Assembly: GCF_001194135.2 (NCBI RefSeq)
Contig: NC_068998.1
Coordinates: 16,749,223-16,813,222, forward strand
Reading direction: 5' to 3'
Source of the DNA: Octopus bimaculoides
Lineage: Eukaryota
Length of the DNA: 64,000 nucleotides
The translations under genes and the position numbers were made by a program. The notes beneath the pieces were generated by a model that was not told where the DNA came from, made no database searches, and was given only the letters and a program-made list of their open reading frames with translations. Positions 13,071 to 27,023 of this stretch are shown one piece after another (position 1 is the stretch's first letter; every line of letters begins with the position of its first letter).

Positions 13071-14595
13071 TGGCCTAGTGGTTATGATGTTGCACTCATA
13101 AACATTAGATTGTAGTTTAGATTTCCAAATGAGGCAATATGTTGTGTTCTTAAGTAAAACATTTATTTCATGTTACTCCAGTCCACTCAGCTGTAAATGA
13201 GTAACTTTGCAATGGACTGGCATCCCATTCAGAGAGAATGTTATGATTACAGTCACTTGTTTGCTATGGAAACTAGGTAACCAACCTAATGGTTCCTAAA
13301 GCTCAAGACTGACATGATATATTAACTGGAAAAGAAATTGAAGTTGGTTTTGGCATACTAGGCAATAAAAAGGTGGAGATTGTGCTTGATAATAAACTAT
13401 GTTAACTTGTATTGAAGGCCAATCTCAAAATGCTGATTCTTATGAAGCATATGGCAGAGGACTGAGATGTGTGGCACATTACTGTACACAACAGAATTGA
13501 GATCCTAAAATCAAGGTGCCATGTAAAAAGCATTGGTATGGATGCTGGTGCCACATAAAAAGCACTGGTGATGGTGCCATGTAAAATACACCTAGTACAC
13601 TCTGTAAAGTGACTGGTGTTAGGAAAGGCATCCAGCCATAGAAACCAAACCAAAACAGACTATGGAACTTGGTGCCGCCCCTGTCCTTGCTAGTTCTTGT
13701 CAAGCCGTCCAATCTATACCAACATGGAAAACAGACGGTCATTAAATGTTGATGATGATGATATTAACTATTGTCTCATATAACTTCATTATTTTCAAGT
13801 AAATACATTTTTCTAGTTACTACCTTTACCAATGAGTTGATTGATGTTAATCTCATTTGGTCTGATCTGTAACTTTTAGATTGTTTTTAAATATGGCTTG
13901 CTCAGTCCATAAAGTACTAACCAGGAAAGACAGTCATCAAAGTTTAGTTAAATAGTGGAATTATTCTTTCATATCTGTTAGGACTTTAGTGGATAATTGT
14001 TCCAAGAAAATTTAATATCTGTATCATAAACAGCTTTACTGACCACTCTAGAAATCTGATTAAAACATTAATTACCTAGCTACCAGTTTGTTAGTAATTC
14101 AGTTGTTATTGATTAGTCACAGCTAAAATTCTAACAAACTATTATTTCTTCAGTACCAGTCAATTTGAATATTACCAAATTTCTTAATTTAACTTTTCTA
14201 CCCCCTCTTCTCTATCTCTCATCTTTCTTTTTTCCTTCTTCATTTTTCATTTTGCTTTTTCTGTCATTTTTGTTCTCTCTCTCTAAATTTTTTTTTTTTT
14301 GTTATTATTTATTTCATTGTTGCCATTGCATGATGTTGCTATTGATAAAGCCATGCCTGTGCGTTGGAAGGTTAGGTTTTCGCACATAGTTTAGCCTGTT
14401 GCCAGATCTAACTCTTCCAGCTCATAGTTGTGGGGTACAGCAGCAGTAGCAGCTTTGATGAAAAGGAAAAAAAAAAAACCAAAACAAAAAAAAAGAAAAC
14501 AAAAACCAAAACAGTTCTCCGACAAAAACTCAGCAATCTGACAATGTTTCTTCCTACTTCTCATTTAAACATAATAATGCTTCCATCTCATCTCA

Positions 14596-14630
<35 letters not shown>

Positions 14631-14788
14631 AAAACAATGATTACTAACTTTACAAGTGATTTAATTATTTGCTTTTGTATTCGGTTTGCAAGATTCTTGG
14701 TGTGAACTCTTGTGTTTAAAACAGATTTTGTCGTATTTTGAGAAGGTCATTTTGCCAACAATAATCACACACACTGGTTCCGTTTCAC

Positions 14789-14821
<33 letters not shown>

Positions 14822-16306
14822 GTCAGTTCATTAACATTTAACCAATTAAGTAATTGACTGATCACTAAATCAGTCGGCTAGGTTCATCAAAGTCTTTTCA
14901 TCATCAGTCCCAAGTTGATCAATGGCATGTCCTCCTTACAACTCCATCGTTTACTGCTTCAGGTTTCCCTGCCTAATTATTCTCTGTTTAATTAGAAACT
15001 TCCATGTGGTGTGTTGAACTTCCTTAGCAGAAATTTTCTTGCTGTGCAATGTTATTTCTACCTGTTGATAATTATTTTCTGTGACCTCACTTTTAGTTAG
15101 TAAGTAGAAGATGATCAAGATATTTCAGTAGTTTGGTTTGGTTTGGTTTGGAATATATTTGAGTCCCTTCTTGTTCAATTGTATCACCATCCAGAGAAAG
15201 AGTGGGAAGGAGAAGAGAGAGAGAAAGAAAGAGAGAGAGCAGTCGGTAATGGGTGGGGAACATAAGATGAGCCCAATTTGCATAAGACTTGACTCCATTT
15301 GAACTAGAAGCCTTTGTTTCTCAACTGAGGTTTACAATACTCTTATCCATTTGGCAATTATCAAATTTAGCACAGATGTAAATATTAAAACATTTTTCTT
15401 CTCTAAACCTCTTCAATTATAATGTTATTAATTCCTCACTATCTCAAACACTTTTATCTCTTATTGTTGTTTCAATCATTGGACTGTGGTTATGCTGGGG
15501 CACTGCATTTAGTGGAACAGATTGACCCCCCCCCCCCCAATATCTATTTTATAAGTCTGGTACTTATTCTGTTGGTTGTTTTTTTGTCAAACTGCTACAT
15601 TCCAGGGATGTAAACAAACCAATATCAGTTGTCAAACAGCAGTGACACACACGCACACTACATCCATAACCAGCCTACTCTCATTTGCTCTAATAAATCT
15701 TGCTATGCCACGTCTTTTCGCTGTTTTGCCCAATATAGTAAACCTTTTTGCATTATCTGGTAGAGCAACTATGATGTCATTTAGAGACTAACAACTCTGA
15801 AGCCGTCTAGGTAGCTGGATACAGAACAATTTTGTAATCGTTTATCATAGTGTGCTTCCATGAATTTCATTAACTCACCTTTTATAATAGTCTTCTCTCC
15901 TCCCCTTTTATATATACATACATACACACACATATACACACATATATATAGTTTTTATTCCACCTCTGTTTGCCTTTCACTAACTTCTTGTCGCTCACCA
16001 CTCAACACCTTTTCTGATAACCAAATGTTCATCCTACATACTGTATCATATCAGTACAGAATTAGTCATCTTAAAATTTTCTTTCTTTTTCTTTTTTAAC
16101 TAGATAGGGCTGCATGGCTAGGAAGCTTGCTTTGCAACCATGTGGTTTTGGGTTCGTTCCCATTGCACAGCACCTTGGGCAGTACTGTAACCCTGGGCCA
16201 ATTGATGCCTTGTGAGTGACTTGGTGGATGGAAACTGTAGAAGCCGGCTACATATATATATATGTGTGTGCGTGTAGAGTGTTAGGTGTGGTGTACAGAT
16301 ATTGAA

Positions 16307-16480
16307 TATTGAGGAAAAAGGTCGCCAGAATTTTAGTTATTTATTCATTATTATTAACGCTTTCGTTTGTTTCTTGAACAAATTCTATTTGACAAGTTCA
16401 AGAAATGAACGAAATCACTAATAATAATGAATAAATAAAAAGATTTTTTTCCAAAATTCTGGCGACCTTTTTTCTCAATA
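16307..16480. mobile_element. Palindromic (foldback) TA-MITE
   Basis: tattgaggaaaaaggtcgccagaatttt / aaaattctggcgaccttttttctcaata; the inner arms are also inverted. Confidence 0.8.
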
Positions 16481-17618
16481 AATATATATATATATATATA
16501 TACACAACAGGTTTCCACACAGTTTATATATGTGTGTGTGTGTGTGTGTCTTGTTTCCCACCGCTTGACAACCAGTGCTGGTTTATTTGCATCCTGTAAC
16601 TTAGCTGTTCAGCAACGAAAATCAATAGAATAAGTACCAGAGTTAAAAAAAAAAATAAATACTGGGGTTCAGTCTGAGTAAAACTCTACAAGGCAATGCC
16701 CCAGCATGGTCACAGTCTAATGGCAGAAACAAGTAAATAAATAAATAAAAATTGCTTTACACCCATTTTCCTAGATTAGCGTAGGTGGAAATACATTTCA
16801 ACCCCCTTTCTTCCCTTTAAAAAATTTAGACATTTGTATATTGTTGATCAAGTGGTTTTTTACATCTGATTGCCCTTTAAATTTCTAACCACTTGACAGT
16901 ATTATCATTATTATTACTATTATTATTAATGGTAATAGTAGTAGTAGTAGTAGTAGTCAGGGCTTCTGAGAAGAGTTTATTATTACTATTAGTAGTAGTA
17001 GTAGTCAGGACTTCTGAGAGGAATTTCATCAGAATGTACAAATTACTTTCTGAGACCCCTCCTGTTCCCTTCTGTGAATTCTAGTCTTCAGTATGTGCAG
17101 ACATTTTCTGAGATCCTAAGAAATTCTTGACTCGAATATGATGTACCTCCTGCAGCCACCTTTTCCCCATATCCTGTCTTGTAGACTGCAGTGAGGTGGT
17201 GGCGGTGATGGTGGTGGTAGTAGTAGTAGTAGTAGTTCACAGCTAAAATAACATATATGACTTAGCCCATAGAGTATAGTCGGTTTTGAACTCTAATACT
17301 TTAATGTCACAAACATAATCATTACCACCATACCACCACCACCACCACTACTGCCACTATCATCTTGAGCACAGAGTGGTGCAATAGCTACCTTTGGAAT
17401 CTTATCATTTATCTTTTATGTGTTTCAGTTATTGGACTGCAGCCATGTTGGAAACACCACCTTGAAGGGGTTTGTTAAATAAATCAATCCCGGTGCTTAT
17501 TTTATAAGTGTGGTACTTATTCTGTTGGTCTCTTCTGTCAAACTGCTTAGTTACAAGCTCATGAACCGACTGACACCAGTTGTCAAGTGGGGGGGGGGAC
17601 AAACACAAAGGTCCGTGT

Positions 17619-17620
<2 letters not shown>

Positions 17621-17686
<66 letters not shown>
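17621..17686. repeat. (CA)n microsatellite; representative of dozens of (CA/TG)n, (TA)n, (AAT)n, (GAT)n, (TAG)n and (TGG)n tracts
   Basis: Seen directly. Other examples at 2641-2677, 9092-9138, 11997-12043, 24030-24080 and 26211-26237. Confidence 0.95.
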
Positions 17687-17691
<5 letters not shown>

Positions 17692-19394
17692 TGACGATCT
17701 TCCACACAATTTCTGTCCACCAAATCCACTTACAAGACCTTGATCAGCTTGGGCTTATAGTAGAAGACACTAACTCAAGGTGCCTCATAGTGAGATTCAA
17801 CCTGAAACTGTATGGTTGCAGAGAGAACTTCTTAACCACACAGCTATTCCTTATATATTATATATATATATGTATATTTACATACATATATTTGCATACA
17901 TACATACACACACCCACTTTTATTGTTTTATTCTCTTACTTATTTCAGTCATTTGACTGTGGCCATGTTGGAGCACTCCCTTTAGTCAAACAAATTAACC
18001 CCAGGAATTATTCTTTGTAAGCCTAGTACTTATTCTATCGGTCTCTTTTGCCAAACCGGTAAGTTATGGGGATGTAAACACACCTACATTGGTTGTCAAG
18101 CGCTGGGGTGGGGGGACAAACACAGACATACAAGTATATATATATATATGTGATGGGCTTTTTTTAGTTTCCTTCTATGGAATCCCCTCTCAAGGCATTG
18201 GTTGGCCTGAGGCTATAGCAGGGTGCCATGCAGTAGGACTGAACCCCGAATCATGTGGTTGGGAAGCAAACTTCTTACCACACAGCCACACCTGTAATAA
18301 TTCAGTAAGCTGTAAAGATAGCCCACTGAATTATTTTCATTGCATGTCTGTTGTTATTTTGGAAATCAAATGATTTTAAAATATATTTTTCATCTTAACT
18401 AAATGTGGTCTTCCTCCTGCTGGTTTTCATTCAGGAATTTTTCATTTACTGTAGGATCTCTACTGTTCACCTATCTCATTTTCATACCATTTAGCAGCTG
18501 ATGAGTGGTGGTGGTGGTGGGGGGGAGGCACAGGTTGCAACTCATTGATATTTAGGAAGATTTGTCAATCGCTTTCTTTCACACTACATATCAGCCTTCT
18601 GTTCTTTAAGATGAACTATCTTACGCTAACAGGTTTGTTTTCATCTGGGCATGCACATCCTAATTTGTGTGTTTCTGTTACAAAAGAGGTTCTCCTTTTA
18701 GATATCTGTCATAAGTCTTGTTGGGACAGACTTTACCTTTCGAAATTCCTTCAATGACAATCAAATAATTACCAGAGTGATGAACAAACCTTGGAAATAT
18801 CCTTGACAAGGAAATACTGAAAACGAAAGAGAGAGAGAGAGAGTGTGATGAACAATCTACTTAGATTCTTACTGCTGTAGACTGGATGTTCATACAAAAT
18901 CTTGTTTTATCCTTGTGCATATTCACTCAAATATATATATATATATCCACACACACACACACACACAAGGAAATGAACTTGGCAGTACAGACAAGTCCAT
19001 ATTGAGGATAATGAATTCTTAATTAGATGTGTAGTTTCAATATTGTGGGTGAGGCTAATGAGGAAGTTGTGGCCTTCATAATTTTCCAAATGACAGTTGT
19101 GTAATAGTGTATTAAAATTTGAACTTATTGTCACGTCTTGAGTCCTCCACAAAAACAAAAAAAAACAAAATTTCAAAAAACACAAGCCAACAAAGGAGTT
19201 CCTGCTTGGTCCAGTTGACTTGTTTGAAATAGCAGCCAAATTTTACATAGTTCACACCCTACAATCTAACAAAAGGAGAACGTTGAAGATTACATTACAT
19301 TAGCATTAGCTATGTGTAGTCTGCAAATGGCTGAATGATTTTAACTATAAGTCTGCTCAATCAAGATTGACCTGGGGCTAAACATGCTATTTAA

Positions 19395-19615
19395 CCCTTT
19401 GGTTACCAACTCATCTGCCACATCTCTTGTTCTAGGACACAAACTTCTTGCTTTAAAATGGTCTAAATTAAAATCTTCCATCAATATTTTGTGCTAATTT
19501 AAGTTCCAAGCACCAGCTTAATAATGACAAAATTATTTTACTAAATTCTTAATCATTTTAAAAATTGATTAAAACAAAGGGAGTATATTTCAACAGAAAT
19601 ATGGTAATGAAAGAG
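19395..19615. mobile_element. piggyBac-like MITE family B
   Basis: TTAA|ccctttggttacc ... ggtaatgaaagag|TTAA. Confidence 0.65.
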
Positions 19616-20444
19616 TTAAAGAAATAGCAGTCTCTGAAGAGACAGAAAACTATCAAATTTCTATCACAAAAAAAAAAAAAAAAAAAAATTGTCAGCTTTA
19701 GTTTATTTGCTTGCCTGAAATTTGAGATCTAATCTACATTTTGCAATAGTTTTTATCCTTTCTTTCTTGCCAATTAGTAAGATGGTCATTCTTTAATATC
19801 AGACTGTTAACATGCTATGTACTCTCCACACGCTGGTACCTGTAGATTTTCTTGATAGGAGGAGCATGTTTTATCAAATAGAAATCTGTCTGTTTCTCGC
19901 TCTTTCCCTCCTATTGTCTCCTCCTTCTCTTGAAGATGGTTGCGTATCTAAAATAATTTCTTTATAAACAAATCTCCTTTCTATATATTTCTCTCTCTCT
20001 CTCTCCACACACACATATATAAAATGTTTTGGAATGTGACCTCTTTAGAACTTAGAAACTGTATACTGATACCAAACAAATGAAAGAGAACATGAATGTT
20101 TTGGCTTACTCTTATGTTTTATTCACGCTTAATTTCTTGTTTTCTTTTGTTTGTTTGTTAATGTTGTTGTTAAGCCCTAAGCAAGCCCTGACCAATTAGA
20201 TCTTGATCAAAGATATTTCAGCCGTGACCTCTCATCTTATTTTTAGATGTAGTGCAGCTAAGACTACATTATCATTACTATGTCCTATCCATTGTTTTTT
20301 AAGATGGTTAGTCAGTGGTTCTCAAATGGTATGCTGTGGTGCATCAGTGTGTCACAAGATGTAACTTGATGTGTCACAAAAATAATATTTTATTTTTAAA
20401 GAATGTGAAAAATACAAACTAAAATCTTAGATATAATATCTTAA

Positions 20445-20664
20445 CCCTTTTGAAACCAACCTGCCTGAAACTGCCCCAGGTTCTATGACATAAACTTACT
20501 GATTTAAAGAGGCATAAATTATAATCTTCCATCAAAATTTTATGCTGATTTGTACTAGACCTCTGCTTAATAACGAGAAAGTTATTTTACGACATACTTC
20601 GTTATTTTAAGAATTAATTAAAACAAAGACAGTATATGTTGACAGAAATATGGTAACAAAAAGG
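20445..20664. mobile_element. piggyBac-like MITE family B
   Basis: Flanked by TTAA on both sides, starts CCCTTT; homologous to 19395-19615. Confidence 0.65.
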
Positions 20665-20672
20665 TTAATATA

Positions 20673-20927
20673 CAGTCATGACCAAAAGTTTGGAACATTT
20701 TTTAAAAATTAAGATTATTATGCCCAAGTACAATTTAATTCAAATATATACAGCATAGGGATATAATGACCTAATAACTGATCCAATGGTTCAATTAGAA
20801 AATATTGAACCATTAGCTCAATTATTAGAAAATTATATATCTATGTTGTATATATTTGAATTGAATTGTACTTGGACATAACAATTTCAATTTTTTAAAA
20901 AATGTTCCAAACTTTTGGCCACAACTG
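20673..20927. mobile_element. Tc1-like foldback MITE
   Basis: TA flanks; TIR cagt..gccaaaagtttggaacattttttaaaa; the arms are inverted over nearly the whole length. Confidence 0.85.
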
Positions 20928-23900
20928 TAATATGAAATATATCTGTAAATTTGTTAACTAAACTAAAATATGGTTATTTAAATTATTTATATTTATTGGT
21001 TAAAATACATAAATAGCTTTGTTTTTAAATGCATTTTTTTTATTTTATGCACAAAGGCCACCAAAATATTTTTATTTAAAGTATGCTATGAGTTAACAGA
21101 CAAGTTTGGAAACCACTGCAATAGTGTGTGATTTGAGGTAGATTTAACTGCCATTTTTAATAGGTTGAGTGTCTACAGAGAAACTTCTTTCATTTATTTT
21201 GTTAATGTATGTATAATAGTGTTTTATGACCAGATGGGAGCTGTGATAGAGGTGTCTGATACGATGTAGAAGTAAGCTCTGTGATATGATTTTGATTTTA
21301 TTAATTTTCGTGTTGAAGCTACTTATTTACATTTTCATTGCTAGTTAATGCCCTTCAGAAAGGGATGGCTGTAACACAATCTTGGTTCACCCTTCTCTCT
21401 ATATCTGTGTCAGATGTCAATATATTACTAAAATGAAATGAAAAAAAAAAATTAAATTATGGGAACAAGAATAATGACCTCTTTTCAAAGACATTGTTAT
21501 GTAAATACTTAGTCTTAAAATTTTAAAGGATTAATGATATGAGTATTGAAACGAGAAAATAAGCATGTGCATAACATGCATGTTCTCTTGCGAAAAAAAT
21601 TTTGCATTTGTTATGAAACCACATCAGTTTATTTTCAGTTTATTGTTGAGCAATAATGCTTTCTTCCAAAACAAAAGGCTGGGTGGGAGGTATTTGACAT
21701 AATATTTTTAAGGGCATTAACATTGCGATTTTAAGAAATACTAGTAGTGTCCTATTGCTGTGTCAAACGTAACTGTTTCTAATTTTAAACGGATGGAAGT
21801 TAGAGATGATAACCTGATTGTAAACAGCAGCATTTTGTAGTGTTAAATAAAAGAGACATATCATATTGGGTTGGTTGCTAGTCTTTATAAGTAACATTCT
21901 CTCTAGTAACATTGAACTAGTATTTGATCCAATGAGATTGTATATTCTTACAGCATAAACTAAGGCTGGTAGATTTGTTTTGTTGAAAGAGCACAATAAA
22001 ACAGTTGTTATGAGATATGAGCTCTGAAGCTTTGGAGGTAACTTAATCCATCATAAAGTTTAAAAGGGTAAAGAGCCCCTCCCACCTTGGTCATGAATAA
22101 CCATGAGATTCCACCTAGAAAGATCCTCTTTGAGGCACAAGTCCAGGCAAGGTTGTTTATGGAAGACCAGCAGTCACCCATGCATACCAGCCTCCCCTAT
22201 CCATGCCACTGATGTTTACTTTGACTTAGCTGTTTAGGTGTATCCCTAAGGATTTGGGGATACACTGCTAGTATTTCTCTCTTTTACTTGTCTTAATCAT
22301 TAGACTGCTGCCATGCTGGGTTATCACCTTAAAGGATTTAGTTGAAAAAATCGATTCCCTATACATTTTTTAAGCATGGCACTAATTCTATCAGTTTCTT
22401 TTGCTGAACCACTAAGTTATGGGAATGTAAATAAACCAGCAACACTTGTGAAGCAGTTGTGGGACAAATACAGACACACACACATAGTTTCCATTGAGTG
22501 AATTCACTCACAAAGCACTGGCCTGCTGGAGGCTATAGTAGAATACACTTGCCAGAGGTACCATACAGTGGGACTGAACCCGAAACCTCATGGTTGCAAA
22601 GCAATGTGTGTGCCTCTTATACTTCTGTCCTTCAACAATACACCTTATTCTCTTTGCTTCATTCATTCTGACCAAAAATAAAGCAGCAGTCTTACATTGT
22701 GGTGTTATGAAGGTCATTGAACCACAAAGTAAAATGCTTCAGAGTACACACTAATACATCCAAATTTAATCCCCTGGCTGATAAAAGCTGAAGTAAAAAA
22801 TATGATATGGAAACATGCATATTGAAGACACCCACCACCATTGCTAGTGTTTTTAACACTAAGTACTAATTAAATTTAATAGGTTTGTTACATTAGTTGT
22901 GTATGTAATTTTAACTTATCTGTTAATAATGTTGATTTGAAATTAATTCTGGTCTCTATTCTTAGCTTATCTCTTCATGGTTTTTATCTAATTGACTTAT
23001 TGTGTTTTTTTTTTCTTATATTCTACACCAACTAATTTTTTTAACCTAATCATTTTCTCAAATTTTTGCTATATCACATTCTCTCCTAATAAGACTAGAT
23101 TAAATTAGTTTTTTTCTCTCTCTTTTTAGTCCTTAAAAATTTTTAATTACCTTAAATTTAGTATTTATAAGTATTGGTTTCAAATTTTGACTCGAGACCA
23201 GCAATTTCAGGGGAGGGGATAAGCCGACTGCATCAACCTCAGTACTCTACTGGTACTTGTGTTATGGACCCTGAAAGGATGAAAGGCAAATTCAGCTCCA
23301 GTGGCATTTGAACTCAGAATGTAAAGTCAGAAGAAATGCTGCCAAGCATTTTGTCTGGCATGCTAACGATTCTGCCAGCTTGCAGCCCTAATATTTATAA
23401 ATATTAAATTCAGAAAATGTTTCAAATGAAATCTTGAGAGACAAAATAGAAAAGAGACAATCATAAACATTGCTTACAGACCCTTCACCTATGTTCTCTT
23501 ATTATTTAGACCTAAGTTAGCTCAGATCAAGCAGAATTTGTAATCAAGGACATTATTGCCACCACAACTCAATCATGTTAATTTTTTTTTTTTTTTTTGA
23601 GACATGACATCATGTCCTTCATTTTTTAAGACAATAGTGTGAGATCTTTGAGATTTTCTAATTTCTAGATGATCCAGTAACCACATAAATACCTTGTCCC
23701 TCCCCCTTTATTGCCTCATCAGGGTTTTGTTCTTATGATATGTTCTCTGTTTTGAGTTTCCTCTTTTCTCCCCTGTTTTTTTTTTTTAAATTATTCCCAA
23801 TAAATCTTTATTATGTGCTGAGCCTGCAGAATTGTTACCACATGCTTAGCAAAATTTATTCTGGCGTAACAGAAATTTGTTCTGGCTCTCTATATTCCAC

Positions 23901-24034
23901 TGAAGTCAGTTTTATCTTTCATTCTTTGGGTTTGATAAAATGAATACTAGTTGAGCACTGGGGTGAATGTAATTGATTGCCTCCTCCACTACAGTTTCAG
24001 GCCTTGTGCATGCATATAATGGAAAGAAAGAATA

Positions 24035-24081
<47 letters not shown>

Positions 24082-24084
24082 CAA

Positions 24085-24492
24085 GACGCAGGAGTGGCTG
24101 TGTGGTAAGTAGATTGCTTACCAACCACATGGTTTTGGGTTCAATCCCACTGCGTGGCACCTTGGGCAAGTGTCTTCTACTATAGCCTCGGGCCAACCAA
24201 AGCCTTGTGAATGGATTTGGTAGACGGAAACTGAAAGAAGCCCGTTGTATATATATGTATATCTATATATATGTGTGTGTATGTTTGTGTGTCTGTGTTT
24301 GTCCCCCCAACATCACTTGACAACCGATGGTGGTGTGTTTACGTTCCCGTAACTTAGCGGTTCGGCAGAAGAGACCGATGGAATAAGTACTAGGCTTACA
24401 AAGAATAAGTCCTGGGGTCGATTTGCTCGACTAAAGGCGGTGCTCCAGCATGGCCGCAGTCAAATGACTGAAACAAGTAAAAGAGTAAGAGA
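24085..24492 (+). mobile_element. tRNA-head SINE family 1, full-length young copy
   Basis: High identity to 153-561 with CpGs retained. Confidence 0.85.
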
Positions 24493-25199
24493 TCAAAATT
24501 GGTGAGCTGGCAGAATTGGTAGCATACCTGGGCAGAATACTTGGTGACTCTGAGTCTAAATTCCACTGAAGTTGACTTTGCCTTTCATCCTTTTGGGGAT
24601 CAATAAAATAAGTACCAGTTGAACACTGGAGTCAATGTAATCAACTTATCTCTCTCCTGAAATTGCTGGCCTTGTGCCAAAATTTGAAATTATCATTATA
24701 AAGCGTGCAAGGGTGATTGTTTGGCAGAAATGCTAATGTTGTACAAACATTCTAATATTCGTAACACTTGCAGTATATAGTTATGGCTCTTTACATTCAG
24801 AGTTCCAATCCCATTAAGGTCTATCTACTTTGCTTTTCCATCCTTCAGTGGATTGGACTGGGAAATAAAAAATAAAGTACCAGTCAAGTATGGTATTTCA
24901 TCAGTATTTTAACACTTTAATATTCAGATAATGCTGACAAATGTAATGCTTTTTATTCATTCATATTGTTTTGAATTAATCATGTATTATCTCAAAGCTT
25001 TGAGATATTTCAGTGATGTGATTGTTTATTTTTAGAATGATATTGTAGGGTAAGTGTGAGAGGCCAGATCTGGTTGATTTGACCATAAAATGAGTAGAAT
25101 ATTTGGGCTGGATATAGCCAGTTTGAAAGCTAAAGAGTTAAATATTGGTAACCCATGTCTCACCAAATTTTATGACCTCATGCCTACCATCTTAGATAT

Positions 25200-25587
25200 T
25201 ATGTTTATGTTGGCACTTCGATGCTTATGACGTCGAGGGTTCCAGTTGATTCGATCAATGGAACAGCCTGCTCATGAAATTAACATGCAAGTGGCTGAGC
25301 ACTCCACAGACACGTGTACCCTTAACATAGTTCTCGGGGATATTCAGTGTGACACAGTGTGACAAGGCTGACCCTTTGAATTACAGGCACAACAGAAACA
25401 AGAAGAAAGAGTGAGAGAAAGTTGTGGTGAAAGAGTACAGCAGGGTTCGCCACCATTCCCTGCCAGAGCCTCGTGGAACTTTAGGTGTTTTCGCTCAATA
25501 AACACTCACAACGCCCGGTCTGGGAATCGAAACTGCGATCCTATGACCGCGAGTCCGCTGCCCTAACCACTGGGCCATTGCGCCTCC
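25200..25587 (-). mobile_element. tRNA-head SINE with 14-bp TSD
   Basis: TSD accatcttagatat at 25186-25199 and 25588-25601. Head reads tggaggcgcaatggcccagtggttag...gtttcgattccc on the minus strand. Confidence 0.9.
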
Positions 25588-26979
25588 ACCATCTTAGATA
25601 TAATTAATTGAAAATGAGAGCAGAGACCAAAATATTGTCACCACATTCAATATCAATATTTCTAGTTGTATTGAACTTCCTTAGTTTGCTGTGATAGAAT
25701 TGTGCATGGCCATAAAGCTTTTTGTCAGAAGGTAAAGGTTCTTTATTAAATTAATTTTTCCATGTAACCTTATTGTAATAGTGGTGTTGGCATGGTGGTG
25801 GTAGTAGTAGTAGTAGTAGTAGCAGCAGCAGCAGTGATAGTGATAGTAAAGTAGGTCTAGAACAACCTGGATTTCTCTTATGTAGAACTGCCTATCTTAA
25901 GTATTTTGCGAGGAGGTACTTGATAAGGTGAAAACTTTTGTGATAGTATACAGAAATGTGTGTTTAAGGTGAAGGGAGTGGAGGTAAGACATAGTGGAAT
26001 TAGCATAAGACAGTTATCAGTTTACAAACTGTTAGAAGCTAAGTGCTTCTTCTTTCAGGTTAAGTAAAAGCAACAGAGTCATGTTTGATGAAGCTGATTG
26101 TGATGATGATGATGATGATGATACTTTTAGGTCAAGTCTGGACAATATGCATTTTTTCTCAGGCTCTACAACCTACATAAAATTGATTTAGGTTATTACC
26201 AAAGATATCGGTGGTGGTGGTGGTGGTGGTGGTGGTGGAGGGGTAGTCATCAAAACCACCTTCACCAGAACTGCTATCAACTGCCAGACCCTGAAAGGTG
26301 GTAGGTCCACCCTGCCCACTCTTGAAGCATATATTTTCTCTCATTTTTTTTTTGTGGTTTTTGTCTTTTGTTTCTACAAAAGATTTTAATCTTGAACGTG
26401 TGTGTGTGTGTGTGCACGTTGCTTTGTATGATTGACGAGAGATTGTGAGATACCTTTAAAGTAGCACTTTACCTGTTTTAGATCACAAAATCATAATTCC
26501 CTGTAAGCTATATGAGTAAACCACTTGAGTTCTATGCATATGGAATTTTCTCAGACAAGTCACAACCAAATGCCTGTTCACACCAGCATATACTGGCCAA
26601 TGCTACTGTCTCTTTTTTTTTTGAGAAAGAGAGAGAGAATTTAGCTTATAACATTTAAGCCAGCCATGTCTAGCCCAAATATTCTACCCGTTTTACACTC
26701 AAATCAGCCAGATCCTGTCTCTTACACCTACCCTACAATGCCATTCTAAAAATATACAGTTATCATCAAAATCTTGAAACTCAAGATAATATATGATTAT
26801 TCAAAACAATCATCATTATAATCATCATCATCATCATCATCATCATCATTGTTTAACGTCTGCCATTCATGCTGGCATGGGTTGGGCAGTTTGACAGGAG
26901 CCGTCTAAGCAGAAGACTACTGCATGTTCTGTGTCTGTTTTGGCCAGCATGCTAACAATTCTGCCAGCTCGCCACTTTA

Positions 26980-27023
<44 letters not shown>

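Larger units (their letters stand above)
20313..21118. mobile_element. hAT-like MITE carrying nested insertions
   Basis: Ends cagtggttctcaaa / tttggaaaccactg; no clear TSD. Confidence 0.6.
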
